From: an uncultured Phascolarctobacterium sp.
Lineage (GTDB): Bacteria; Bacillota; Negativicutes; Acidaminococcales; Acidaminococcaceae
NCBI GenBank assembly: GCA_900544885.1
Contig: UQWU01000002.1
Location: 23,057-87,056, forward strand
Direction of reading: 5' to 3'
DNA length: 64,000 bases
Below are positions 30,220 through 39,507 of the stretch, one piece after another. The notes below the pieces were generated by a model. The model worked only from the letters and a program-made list of their open reading frames with translations. It did not search any database and was not told where the DNA came from. Both the position numbers and the translations under genes were made by a program. Each line of letters opens with the position of its first letter. Position 1 is the stretch's first letter.

Positions 30220-30405
30220 ATGGCTGACATTATTGAGAGCCTTGCTGGTAATAAAATGCTCATGCTCAAGGAGGATATTGCATTTCTGCGTAAACGTTTA
30301 GCGGAATGTGCAGATGAGGACGCGAAGAAAGCAATTCGTCGAGAGCTGATGGAAAAAGAGACTTATTATAATATTCTCGCAGACCGCCAGCGGATTAATT
30401 TCTAA
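30220..30405 (+). CDS. Small (61-aa) charged helical protein of unknown function
   Basis: The ATG at 30220 follows the RBS AAAAGGAGGAG. The protein is MADIIESLAGNKMLMLKEDIAFLRKRLAECADEDAKKAIRRELMEKETYYNILADRQRINF. It has its own terminator. Confidence 0.5.
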   Translation: MADIIESLAGNKMLMLKEDIAFLRKRLAECADEDAKKAIRRELMEKETYYNILADRQRINF

Positions 30406-30430
30406 GCCGGAGATTTTGCCGGCTTTTTCT
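30404..30430 (+). terminator. Rho-independent terminator
   Basis: AAGCCGG agatttt GCCGGCTT is followed by TTT. Confidence 0.7.
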
Positions 30431-30518
30431 GTGTTTATGAGATTGAATCCAGCCGGTCGTAATAATAAAATAAAAATATCTAAATTTAATCTAGCTTCGC
30501 ATATACAGGAGGAATATT

Positions 30519-31781
30519 TTGGAAAAGCTAATTGTTAAAGGCGGCAACCGTCTGGTTGGTACGGTAAAAACCAGTGGTGCAAAGAATGCAGTATTGCCGA
30601 TTATTGCTGCTTCCATTTTGGGAACTACTCCTAGTCATTTAGATGAAGTTCCTATGCTGGAAGATGTACATACCATAAGTGAAGTATTAAAATGTCTGGG
30701 ATTGAAGGTTGCTTGTCCGGAAACTAATGTTTTGGATATTGATAGCAGCGAAATTACTTCCTATGAAGCTCCTTATGAGCTAGTGCGTACTATGCGTGCG
30801 TCCTTCCTGGTTATGGGTCCTTTATTAGCCCGTATCGGTAAAGCAAGAATTTCTATGCCTGGTGGTTGTGCTATCGGTGCCCGTCCGATTGATATCCACT
30901 TGAAAGGTTTTGAAGCTTTAGGTGTAAAAATCGAACAGGGTCATGGCTACATCGAAGCAAGTGCTCCGAACGGTTTAAAGGGCACTAGCATTTATTTTGA
31001 TTTCCCCAGCGTTGGTGCTACCGAAAATATTATGATGGCTGCAGCACTTGCTGAAGGCACTACTGTTTTGGAAAATGCTGCTGAGGAACCGGAAATTGTC
31101 GATTTAGCAAACTATTTAAACAAAATGGGCGCTAAAATCCGTGGCGCAGGTACTGATACAATTCGTATTGAAGGCGTAGAAAAACTGCATGGTGCTGATT
31201 ATACAATTATTCCTGATCGTATCGAAGCAGGTACTTACATGATTGCTGCTGCTATGACCGGCGGTGACATTGTCGTAGAAAACGTACTGCCGGAGCATCA
31301 GAAGCCTTTGATTGCTAAGCTGCGTGAAGCAGGTGCGATTGTTGAAGAAGATATTGATAAAGTACGTGTTGTCGGTCCCGAGGTTTTAAAAGCTGTCGAT
31401 ATTAAAACTTTGCCGTATCCTGGTTTTCCTACAGATATGCAGGCACAGATGATGGCTATGATGGTTGTTTCCGAAGGCCGTAGCAAGGTTACTGAAACTG
31501 TTTTTGAAAATCGCTTTATGCATGTAGTAGAGCTGAACCGTATGGGTGCTCGTATTACCACTGAAGGTCGCAGTGCAGTTATTGATGGTCCATGTAAGCT
31601 GACTGGATGTGATGTTCGTGCTACAGACCTGCGTGCAGGTGCAGCAATGATTTTAGCAGGCTTAGTTGCTGAAGGTATTACCTATATCGGTGATTTGCAT
31701 CATATAGATCGTGGTTATGAAAACATTGTTGATAAGCTGACTAAATTAGGTGCAGATATTCAACGTATGGAAATGCAATAA
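30519..31781 (+). CDS. murA: UDP-N-acetylglucosamine 1-carboxyvinyltransferase
   Basis: The protein has [26 protein letters not shown], the active-site Cys in [15 protein letters not shown], and [11 protein letters not shown]. The TTG start follows AGGAGG. Confidence 0.95.
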   Translation: MEKLIVKGGNRLVGTVKTSGAKNAVLPIIAASILGTTPSHLDEVPMLEDVHTISEVLKCLGLKVACPETNVLDIDSSEITSYEAPYELVRTMRASFLVMGPLLARIGKARISMPGGCAIGARPIDIHLKGFEALGVKIEQGHGYIEASAPNGLKGTSIYFDFPSVGATENIMMAAALAEGTTVLENAAEEPEIVDLANYLNKMGAKIRGAGTDTIRIEGVEKLHGADYTIIPDRIEAGTYMIAAAMTGGDIVVENVLPEHQKPLIAKLREAGAIVEEDIDKVRVVGPEVLKAVDIKTLPYPGFPTDMQAQMMAMMVVSEGRSKVTETVFENRFMHVVELNRMGARITTEGRSAVIDGPCKLTGCDVRATDLRAGAAMILAGLVAEGITYIGDLHHIDRGYENIVDKLTKLGADIQRMEMQ

Positions 31782-31816
31782 GCTATTTCTGATTTTGTAA
31801 AATAGGAGTTTTAAGA

Positions 31817-32842
31817 ATGTTTAAAAGTATGGATATAGGCATCGACCTTGGTACTGCTAATATCCTTGTTTTTGTTAAAGGCAAGGGTGTTGTGTTGAAG
31901 GAGCCAAGTGTTGTAGCAATTGATAAAGTTCGTAATAAGGTTTTAGCTGTCGGCGACGATGCTCGTGAAATGCTAGGCCGTTCTCCGGGAAGCATTGTGG
32001 CTATTCGTCCTTTAAAAGAAGGCGTAATTGCTAACTATACAGTAACACAAAAATTATTGGCTTATGTTATTGAAAAAGTAGCAGGCAAAAGCCTGTTTTT
32101 TAAACCGCGTGTTATGACCTGTGTACCTATAGGTATCACTTCTGTAGAAAAACGTGCTGTTATGGAAGCGACTACTCAAGGCGGTGCTTCTAAAACCTAT
32201 CTCATTGAAGAGCCTTTGGCAGCTGCTTTAGGTGCTGGTATTGATATTTCTGTACCGCGCGGCAACATGGTTGTTGATATCGGCGGTGGTACTACTGATA
32301 TTGCTGTTCTGAGCCTGGGTGGTATTGTTGTAGATTCTTCTATCCGTATCGGCGGCGACCATTTTGATGAAGCAATTGTACGTCATGTTAAAAAAGTGCA
32401 TAATGTTCTGATTGGCGAAAGAACTGCTGAAGAAATTAAAATTAATGTTGCTACTGTTTCTCCTAACGGTCGCAATGAGTCTATTTCCGTACGTGGCCGT
32501 GATTTGGTTACTGGTCTGCCTACTACCTTTAGCGTCGGCAGTGAAGAATGTCGTACAGCTTTGGAAGATTCTGTATCATCCTTGATTTCTACTGTTCGTA
32601 GTGTTTTAGAGAAATGTCCGCCGGAATTAGCTGCTGATATAGTTGATAATGGTATTTATATGACTGGCGGCGGTGCTTTACTTGACGGTTTAGCAGAAAT
32701 CATGCAGAAAGAAACAGGTATTACTACGCATATTGCTGAAGAACCTTTGGCATGTGTAGCTCTTGGTACTGGTAAAGCTTTGGAGAATTTAGATAAGCTG
32801 CATCCTGGTACTGTTTATACTGCTTCTAACCTAGATGCTTGA
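31817..32842 (+). CDS. mreB: Rod-shape-determining actin homolog MreB/Mbl
   Basis: MFKSMDIGIDLGTANILVF and VVDIGGGTTDIAVLSLGGIV are actin-fold phosphate motifs. Confidence 0.9.
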   Translation: MFKSMDIGIDLGTANILVFVKGKGVVLKEPSVVAIDKVRNKVLAVGDDAREMLGRSPGSIVAIRPLKEGVIANYTVTQKLLAYVIEKVAGKSLFFKPRVMTCVPIGITSVEKRAVMEATTQGGASKTYLIEEPLAAALGAGIDISVPRGNMVVDIGGGTTDIAVLSLGGIVVDSSIRIGGDHFDEAIVRHVKKVHNVLIGERTAEEIKINVATVSPNGRNESISVRGRDLVTGLPTTFSVGSEECRTALEDSVSSLISTVRSVLEKCPPELAADIVDNGIYMTGGGALLDGLAEIMQKETGITTHIAEEPLACVALGTGKALENLDKLHPGTVYTASNLDA

Positions 32843-32872
32843 TGTAGTGTAAATTGATATAGTTTATTGAAA

Positions 32873-32900
32873 ATACACAGCTTATGCTGTGTATTTTTAT
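32873..32900 (+). terminator. Rho-independent terminator after mreB
   Basis: AATACACAGC ttat GCTGTGTATT is followed by a T run. Confidence 0.8.
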
Positions 32901-32923
32901 TCTTAAAGATAAAGGTGTTAAAA

Positions 32924-34315
32924 ATGAATTATAAAACAATTTTAAGTGGTTTACTTGTTTGTTCCTTAGTTGCATTTACTTTAGTTGCAGACGCTGCACC
33001 AATTAATAATATGCGTACTAGTGTTAGTCCGGCTAGAGTACGTATTGTTTTGGATAGTAAAGCTCCTATTACTTATAAGCAGGATAAAAATGGATTAAAA
33101 CTGACTGTAAATATGCCAGACAGCAGTGTCCAAAAACAACAGGCGAAAATTAATGATATGGCGATTAAAAGCATTAAGTTGGTGCCTAATGGGCGCAATG
33201 CTTCCAAACTGCAAATTGATTTAAAAAAAGATTGCCAATATAAAATTTATCAGCTGAAGGGACCTAATCGTTTAGTAGTAGATATTTTCCGTATTAATAT
33301 CATTAAGCAGACTAGTCCTGTAGCACAAGGTGTTACTTATACTTATATGCAAGATGAGATGAATGGTAAACAGATTAAGGCGTATCTTGTTTCCGTAGCT
33401 CCTAATGCACCATACACCTTGCTGCCGTTTTCTGCTGCCGGTACCTATAATGGACGTGGAAGTGTAGCTAAACAAGCAGCTCAACGAAAAATACCGGCAG
33501 CTATTAATGCTTCTTATTTTGATACTGATGGTTGGGTTATTGGTAGTATTCGTAACCAAAATAAAATGATGGCTGCGGATAGTCAGCCTCGTAGCGGTTT
33601 TGGTATGCAAGCAGGTAAACCTATGATTTTACAAGATGTTGCGTATACTGGGATATTGCAAATGCCTGGAGGACGTACTTTGAAGATTAAAGGCATGAAT
33701 AGAGTCCGTATTGCTGATGATTTAGTAGTATATAATTCTTTTTACGCTCCTTCGACTAAAACCAATAATTTTGGCCGAGAAATAAAAATAAAAAATAATC
33801 GTGTAATAGCAGTATCGACTGCCGGAAATATGTCTATTGAACCTGGTACAGTAGTCGTTTCCGGTCATGGAGCAAGTGCTGCCGCGATGGCAATGCTACG
33901 TGTCGGTGATAAAGTAAATCTAGATGAAAGCTTAGGAAACATCGCTGCTGATGCTGCCGAAACAGTAGTTAGTGGTGGTCCTCTGCTGTTGCAAAACGGG
34001 AAAGTTAATGTACGAACAGTTGAAGAGAATATTGCTCCTGATATTGCTAAAGGACGTGCACCAAGAACTGCTGTTGCGTTAAAACGCGATGGTACACTAA
34101 TGATGTTAGTTGTTGATGGTCGTAGTAATACTTCCTCTGGTTTAACTTTACCGGAATTAGCACAATATTTATTGCGCTTAGGTGCTGTTGACGCTGTTAA
34201 TTTTGATGGCGGCGGCAGTAGCGTTATGTCTGTTAACGGTAAGATTGTTAATAATCCTTCCGATGGTAGAGAACGCCTTGTAAGCATAGGTTTGGGATTA
34301 TTTACAAAATGGTGA
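32924..34315 (+). CDS. Secreted protein with an N-terminal AMIN-like domain and a C-terminal phosphodiester glycosidase (NAGPA/DUF2233) domain
   Basis: The signal peptide is MNYKTILSGLLVCSLVAFTLVADA. An AMIN-like region of about 100 aa follows (RVRIVLDSKAPITY...RLVVDIF). The C-terminus has NFDGGGSSVMSVNGKIVNNPSDGRERLVSIGLGLF. Confidence 0.6.
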   Translation: MNYKTILSGLLVCSLVAFTLVADAAPINNMRTSVSPARVRIVLDSKAPITYKQDKNGLKLTVNMPDSSVQKQQAKINDMAIKSIKLVPNGRNASKLQIDLKKDCQYKIYQLKGPNRLVVDIFRINIIKQTSPVAQGVTYTYMQDEMNGKQIKAYLVSVAPNAPYTLLPFSAAGTYNGRGSVAKQAAQRKIPAAINASYFDTDGWVIGSIRNQNKMMAADSQPRSGFGMQAGKPMILQDVAYTGILQMPGGRTLKIKGMNRVRIADDLVVYNSFYAPSTKTNNFGREIKIKNNRVIAVSTAGNMSIEPGTVVVSGHGASAAAMAMLRVGDKVNLDESLGNIAADAAETVVSGGPLLLQNGKVNVRTVEENIAPDIAKGRAPRTAVALKRDGTLMMLVVDGRSNTSSGLTLPELAQYLLRLGAVDAVNFDGGGSSVMSVNGKIVNNPSDGRERLVSIGLGLFTKW

Positions 34316-34320
34316 ACTGC

Positions 34321-34381
34321 TTGTCAAAAGAAGTAGCAGGCTGTATAATTAATAAATAGTAAGATAGACTAATCAGTCTAT
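34321..34381 (+). promoter_or_regulatory. Promoter plus a downstream palindrome (candidate operator or 5' stem-loop) for the small lipoprotein gene
   Basis: TTGTCA is followed by a 17-nt spacer and TATAAT, with TGn upstream of the -10, at 34321-34348. The palindrome ATAGACT aatc AGTCTAT is at 34364-34381. Confidence 0.5.
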
Positions 34382-34458
34382 TATATTGTTACTTGTTTAA
34401 TTATAAACGGTAAATATTTATTTTTATATGCAATTGTGTTAGATAGGAGGTAAAGCAA

Positions 34459-34761
34459 ATGGCAAAGAAAAAACTTTTGATTGCCGCTTTAGCAGTGGTC
34501 GGAGCTTTAAGCATGTTTACCATTGGCTGTGCCGCTATAACTGATCAGCATGCTGTTGTCAGCGGTACTGTAGTTGCTGATGGTCTTGTTACCGAAGGTG
34601 CTGTAGTAAAGCAGGGTGATGTGCTTGTTAATGTTAAGTCTCTGGCAGGTAGTAATATTGCCGCAGCCCGTGCAACAACATCAGGTCATGTGACTCAGGT
34701 GCTTGTACAGCCTGGACAAAATATTGTGCCACAGCAAGTTGTAGCAAAAATTAGTGAATAA
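34459..34761 (+). CDS. Small lipoprotein with a biotin-lipoyl/HlyD-like beta-barrel fold (predicted)
   Basis: The 100-aa protein has a signal peptide with lipobox TIGC. It is Gly/Val-rich (VVKQGDVLVNVKS...TTSGHVTQVLVQPGQNIVPQQVVAKI). It has its own promoter and terminator. Confidence 0.5.
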   Translation: MAKKKLLIAALAVVGALSMFTIGCAAITDQHAVVSGTVVADGLVTEGAVVKQGDVLVNVKSLAGSNIAAARATTSGHVTQVLVQPGQNIVPQQVVAKISE

Positions 34762-34770
34762 AATAAGCAG

Positions 34771-34796
34771 CCGGCGAGGAATTTCCCGCCGGTTTT
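34771..34796 (+). terminator. Rho-independent terminator
   Basis: CCGGCG aggaatttcc CGCCGG is followed by TTTT. Confidence 0.75.
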
Positions 34797-34844
34797 GCGG
34801 TATTTACAAGCAATAGATAGAAAGTAGAAGAAGTAGGAGTACAG

Positions 34845-36500
34845 ATGAGAGTTTTTCTTTTGGCATTACTTTTATGCTGTCAACTGATGACAGCGGCGGC
34901 TGCAAATATTCCTTTGATGCCTGTGCGTGATCTGAAGCCTGGTATGCAGGGTATTGGTAAAACAGTTATCAGTGGCGATACCATTGAAGAGTTTAACGTA
35001 GAAATTTTAGGTGTAACTGGTAATGAAGCTACAGGCTATAGTATTTTTGTACGTTTATATGGCGATTTGATTGATAAGGTTGGCGGTGTAGCTCAAGGTA
35101 TGAGCGGTAGTCCTGTTTATGTTGATGGACGACTGGTAGGTGCAGTAGCATTTGGCAAGGTATTTAACGATTCCCGTTATTGCTTTTTAACTCCTATCGG
35201 TAAAATGTTACCTCTGCTTGACGAACCGCGCGAGCTGCCTGAGGGATGGGTGCCTAAAGGAACTTCTTTGATGGCAGGTGGTTTTACTGATTATGGTTTT
35301 CAACATTTGCAGGAAAAACTTGCTCCCTTCGGCTTAAATGCTGTATCCAGTGGTGGTGTAGGCAGTTCCAGCGTGAAAGCATTAGAGCCGGGTAGTGCAG
35401 TAGGTATTGCTGTAATGCATGGTGATATGAACTTAGGTGCTTTAGGCACTGTTACTTGGACTGATGATGCGGGACATGTTTTGGCCTTTGGTCATCAGTT
35501 TATGCAAAGAGGTAATAGTAACTTCTTTATGAATAAGGCTTGGGTTCTAGGCGTTGTGCCTAACTTGCAAAGCGGCTATAAGGTAGGTAATATCGGTGAA
35601 GCAATCGGTTGCTTTAATCAGGACCGTAGCAGTGGCATTGGCGGTAGCGAGGGTGTATTACCGACCACTATTCCGGTTTTCGTTACTGCTAACGATAGTA
35701 ATCGTGGTCAAAGCAGTAGTGTTCGTGTACAAGTAGCAGAGGATGAAAAATTGTTGCCGACTGTTATTGATGCCGCTGTCGTTAACACTTTAAGCAAGAC
35801 TGTTGATCGTGCAGGTGGTGGTACTGCTAGAATGCATTTTACTATTACAGGTGTGGATAGTAATAAAAAACCTCTGACCATTGATAGAGAGAATATGTTT
35901 TACTCGAATGATGCACTGTTGAAAAATGTCAGTGGTGAATTAAGCGAAGCTTTGACTATTCTTATGCAGAATAAATTTGAGCATGTAGATATATATGGAA
36001 TTAACGTTGATGCACAAATCAGCGAGGATGTGCAGGTTGCAGAAATTCAATCATTACGTACAAAAAATAAACCAGTAAAGTCTGGAGAAAAGGTAGCTAT
36101 TGAAGTAACCTTGAAGCCGTATCGTGGTGAAGAATTTACTAAAACAGTGTATTTTAAAGTGCCTAAGGATCATCCGGGTGGTCAGCTAGCATTGAATGTG
36201 CGTGGCGGTAGCAGCATGGCTTGGGTAATGAATTTATTACGTAAGCAAAAGGATGAGGGAGTACCGGCACAGAAAAAAGATACTCGTCGTACCTTAAGTG
36301 ATTTCGTGAAAAGCGTAAATGATGCTGATCGCAATAATGAAATTATTGTTGACGTAGCAGCGACTCATTTTAACCCTGATGAAGTACAGAACGATGCAGG
36401 CTTAGCAGGTATGTTGCAGGGTTCTCCGTTTAAACAAAAAACTCTTTGTGATTTTATCGTAGACGGAGAAGCTGAATTATCTTTGAAGGTAGAAAAGTAA
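34845..36500 (+). CDS. Secreted peptidase S55 (SpoIVB-like) domain protein
   Basis: The protein has a signal peptide. The motif GMSGSPVYVDGRLVGAVAFG resembles the SpoIVB catalytic-Ser region. GHQFMQRGNSNF is also present. The protein is 551 aa. Confidence 0.5.
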   Translation: MRVFLLALLLCCQLMTAAAANIPLMPVRDLKPGMQGIGKTVISGDTIEEFNVEILGVTGNEATGYSIFVRLYGDLIDKVGGVAQGMSGSPVYVDGRLVGAVAFGKVFNDSRYCFLTPIGKMLPLLDEPRELPEGWVPKGTSLMAGGFTDYGFQHLQEKLAPFGLNAVSSGGVGSSSVKALEPGSAVGIAVMHGDMNLGALGTVTWTDDAGHVLAFGHQFMQRGNSNFFMNKAWVLGVVPNLQSGYKVGNIGEAIGCFNQDRSSGIGGSEGVLPTTIPVFVTANDSNRGQSSSVRVQVAEDEKLLPTVIDAAVVNTLSKTVDRAGGGTARMHFTITGVDSNKKPLTIDRENMFYSNDALLKNVSGELSEALTILMQNKFEHVDIYGINVDAQISEDVQVAEIQSLRTKNKPVKSGEKVAIEVTLKPYRGEEFTKTVYFKVPKDHPGGQLALNVRGGSSMAWVMNLLRKQKDEGVPAQKKDTRRTLSDFVKSVNDADRNNEIIVDVAATHFNPDEVQNDAGLAGMLQGSPFKQKTLCDFIVDGEAELSLKVEK

Positions 36501-36572
36501 AATTTAACTGTGACATATAAATGTCATATTTTTGGAGTATAATAAAATCTATAAAAATATAAAGGTGTAATT

Positions 36573-37343
36573 ATGGTGAAAAAACTCTGCGAAGCATTAG
36601 GAAAAAGAATAATGGCTTTTTGCCTCGTCAGTGGGCGTATGACACTATTGTTTTTGGCTACGCTGCGTCGCTTGAAAGAAGCATCTACCAAAGAGGTCAT
36701 CAGACAGATGGCACTTTTGGGTGCGGACTCTCTGCCAATCGTTTTAATGACGATTCTTTGTACAGGCATGGTATTTTCTGTGCAGACCGCTAAAGAATTT
36801 GTACGTTTGGGTGCTTCTGCTTCTGTAGGTGGTATTGTTGCTATTGCTATGGCCCGCGAATTGGTACCTGTTTTAGTCGGTGTTGTTGTGGCAGGTCGTA
36901 TCGGTGCAGCCATCGCAGCTGAATTAGGCACGATGAAGGTTACAGAGCAGATTGATGCTTTACGTGTTATGGCTGCGAATCCTGTAAGCTTTTTGGTTGC
37001 ACCGCGTTTTATAGCTATGGTTTTAATGATGCCGCTTTTAGTGGTTTTCGCTAATTTTATCGGCAATATCGGTGGTTGGATAGTAGCTCATTATTATGCT
37101 GGAATCGGTACCTTTACATACGCTAATTCTATCAGAACTTTAGCGGATTTTTATGACGTATTCGGCGGTATGATTAAAAGCTGTTTCTTTGGTGCTATTA
37201 TTGCTATCGTAGGTTGCTATAAAGGACTCAATGCACCTAATGGTGCAGAGGGTGTAGGTTTAGCAACTACTGCATCTGTAGTACTGTCCATTATCTTGAT
37301 TTTTATTTTTAATTATTTCTTATCCATCGTGATTTATGTGTAA
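36573..37343 (+). CDS. mlaE: Phospholipid/lipid-asymmetry ABC transporter permease MlaE
   Basis: The 256-aa protein has the MlaE topology, with REVIRQMALLGADSLPIVLMT and RELVPVLVGVVVAGRIGAAIAAELGTMKVTEQIDAL. Confidence 0.85.
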   Translation: MVKKLCEALGKRIMAFCLVSGRMTLLFLATLRRLKEASTKEVIRQMALLGADSLPIVLMTILCTGMVFSVQTAKEFVRLGASASVGGIVAIAMARELVPVLVGVVVAGRIGAAIAAELGTMKVTEQIDALRVMAANPVSFLVAPRFIAMVLMMPLLVVFANFIGNIGGWIVAHYYAGIGTFTYANSIRTLADFYDVFGGMIKSCFFGAIIAIVGCYKGLNAPNGAEGVGLATTASVVLSIILIFIFNYFLSIVIYV

Positions 37344-37355
37344 GGAGTTTGTTGA

Positions 37356-38114
37356 ATGAACAATATAGAGCCTATGATTAAAGTTCGACAACTAAAAATT
37401 GCGTTTGGAGCTAAGGAAGTTCTTAATGATGTAAACTTTGACGTTATGCCGGGAGAAACATTAGCAATTATCGGTCCGTCAGGTACAGGTAAAAGTACGG
37501 TTATTAAAGTTCTGACGGGCTTACTACAGCCTACAGCAGGCAGTGTGATTATTGATAATCAAGAAACTAATGCTTTTACTGAAGAGGAATGGGACGGCTT
37601 ACGCAAGCATATGGGTGTAGTCTTTCAATATTCCGCATTATTTGACTTTCTGACAGTAGGTGAAAATGTAGCTTTCGGCCTACGTCGTCATTTTCAATTA
37701 GATGAGGACGAAATTCAACGACGTGTAGGAATTCTGTTAGATTTGGTAGGTATGCCAGGAACTCAGTCCATGCTGCCTTCAGAGTTATCAGGTGGTATGA
37801 AAAAGCGTGTAGGCTTGGCTAGAGCTTTAGCAATGCAGCCACAAATGGTTTTCTATGATGAACCGACATCAGGCCTCGATCCGGTTATGACCATGACTAT
37901 CAGTCGTTTGATTCGCAAAACACAACAAAAGCTTGGTGTTTCTTCTGTTCTTGTTACTCATGATATGGCTTCTGCTTATTATGCAGCTGATCGTATTGCT
38001 ATGCTCTATAAGGGGAAAATAGTACAACTGGGAACAGTTGAGGAGATAAAAAATAGTCAGAATCCTGTCGTAAAGGCCTTTATTAACGGACAGGAATGGA
38101 AAGAGGAGGAATAA
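37356..38114 (+). CDS. mlaF: Mla ABC transporter ATP-binding protein MlaF
   Basis: Walker A is GPSGTGKST. The signature is LSGGMKKRVGLARALA and Walker B is VFYDEPTSGLDP. Confidence 0.9.
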   Translation: MNNIEPMIKVRQLKIAFGAKEVLNDVNFDVMPGETLAIIGPSGTGKSTVIKVLTGLLQPTAGSVIIDNQETNAFTEEEWDGLRKHMGVVFQYSALFDFLTVGENVAFGLRRHFQLDEDEIQRRVGILLDLVGMPGTQSMLPSELSGGMKKRVGLARALAMQPQMVFYDEPTSGLDPVMTMTISRLIRKTQQKLGVSSVLVTHDMASAYYAADRIAMLYKGKIVQLGTVEEIKNSQNPVVKAFINGQEWKEEE

Positions 38115-38115
38115 G

Positions 38116-39384
38116 ATGGGCAGCAGTGAAGTTAAGGTAGGTGCCTTTGCCATTGGCGGTGCTGTAGTTTTAGCAGGCATTATCACCTTTATGGGAGCCT
38201 TTTCTTTTGGTAAAAACGGCTATAAGCTGTATATAGATTATCCACGTGTCAGTGGGTTGATGCCAGGACATGTGGTACGTTATGCCGGTGTTAATGTGGG
38301 TACGGTTAAAGATATTCAGGTAAAGCCTGGTAAGGTTGCTGTTGTTGTGGAAATTAATGATGATATTAAGATTCCTCAAGGGGCAATATTTACCATTGCT
38401 GCTGATGGTATTATGGGCGAAAAATTTGTCAATGTAGTACCGCCTGCTAATCTTGGTCAGGGCTTTATTGCTGAAGACAGTACCTTAAAGGGCATCCCAG
38501 GTGGTGGCATGGAAGAATTCTTTGCTAATTCGGGAGATTTGATGAAGCGTGTTGATAATATCGCCAGTGCTTTTGAAAACGTTTTTGGTGATAAAGAAGT
38601 ACAGGAATCAATGAAAGACGGCTTCAAAAACATGCATGCTATTTCTGAAAATATGAATACTTTTACCAGAGTTATGGCGGAAACTGCTGTTAACAATCAG
38701 CAGGATATCAACAATATGATTCATCAAATGAATGAGCTCAGCCAGAGAATGAATAAAACGGCAGCACATATTGAAAGTATTACTGCTTCGGTAGATAATA
38801 ATGGACAAACTGGCCGAAATGTAGCAGCAATGGTAGAACATATGGCTAGCACCAGTGCCCGCCTGGAAAATATCGTACAGGTGCTGGAGGGGGTAGCCCA
38901 AGATCCTGCTACTAAGGAATCTTTAAAGGAAACATTAGTTAATGTTAAAGAAACCAGTGCTCATGCTAATAAAATCTTAGGAACACTAGCAGATCCTGAG
39001 GTTAGTGCTGACGTTAGCACCAGTTTAAAAGATAGTGATTGGCGTAGCAATTTAGGTTTAACTTTGAAACCTAGCGACAATGATTACTTGTATTTAGGTG
39101 GTTATGATTTGGGCAATGAAAATAAATTTGATTTTATTCTCGGTCATAAAATAGGCAATACTGGGCTGAGTATGGGAGCTATGCAAGGTGATTTTGGTGT
39201 TGGCTTGAGTTATGATTTTGGTAAATCTTTTAGTGTTTATTCTCAACTATATGATTTCGATGATACGAAAGTTCGCGTTGGTGGTGAATGGCATTTAAGT
39301 GATAATCTATCGCTTTATGGTGAATCTATGGATGTACGTGGTGACAGTAGTGATGCTTATGCTGGCGTAAGGACGTATTTCTAA
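38116..39384 (+). CDS. mlaD: MlaD (MCE domain) with a long helical region and a C-terminal beta-barrel-like extension
   Basis: The protein has an N-terminal TM helix and an MCE domain (YKLYIDYPRVSGLMPGHVVRYAGVNVGTVKDI). A helical segment of about 150 aa follows. The C-terminal part of about 120 aa is rich in alternating aromatic and Gly residues and ends in GVRTYF, a terminal Phe typical of OM beta-signals. Confidence 0.8.
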   Translation: MGSSEVKVGAFAIGGAVVLAGIITFMGAFSFGKNGYKLYIDYPRVSGLMPGHVVRYAGVNVGTVKDIQVKPGKVAVVVEINDDIKIPQGAIFTIAADGIMGEKFVNVVPPANLGQGFIAEDSTLKGIPGGGMEEFFANSGDLMKRVDNIASAFENVFGDKEVQESMKDGFKNMHAISENMNTFTRVMAETAVNNQQDINNMIHQMNELSQRMNKTAAHIESITASVDNNGQTGRNVAAMVEHMASTSARLENIVQVLEGVAQDPATKESLKETLVNVKETSAHANKILGTLADPEVSADVSTSLKDSDWRSNLGLTLKPSDNDYLYLGGYDLGNENKFDFILGHKIGNTGLSMGAMQGDFGVGLSYDFGKSFSVYSQLYDFDDTKVRVGGEWHLSDNLSLYGESMDVRGDSSDAYAGVRTYF

Positions 39385-39433
39385 TTTTATTCATGTATAG
39401 TAAAAGGAAATTTGCTAAGTTAGAAAAATTTAT

Positions 39434-39486
39434 TTGACATATAGCATAAAAAAAAAGTATAATTTTTATACTGACTGATTAGTCAG
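39434..39486 (+). promoter_or_regulatory. Strong promoter plus a palindrome immediately downstream (candidate operator), upstream of tolC
   Basis: TTGACA is followed by an 18-nt spacer and TATAAT at 39434-39463. The palindrome CTGACT gatt AGTCAG is at 39471-39486. It resembles the palindrome at 34364-34381. Confidence 0.5.
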
Positions 39487-39507
39487 AAGCGGAATGGAGG
39501 TTCTCAA

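Noticed and set aside
36511-36526. Palindrome TGACAT ataa ATGTCA after the S55 peptidase gene as a third copy of the GACT…AGTC motif
   Set aside because: The arm sequence and spacing (6-nt centre) differ from the other two. It is more likely a weak terminator hairpin.
36524-37066. 180-aa minus-strand ORF overlapping mlaE
   Set aside because: It is antisense to mlaE and has no independent support.
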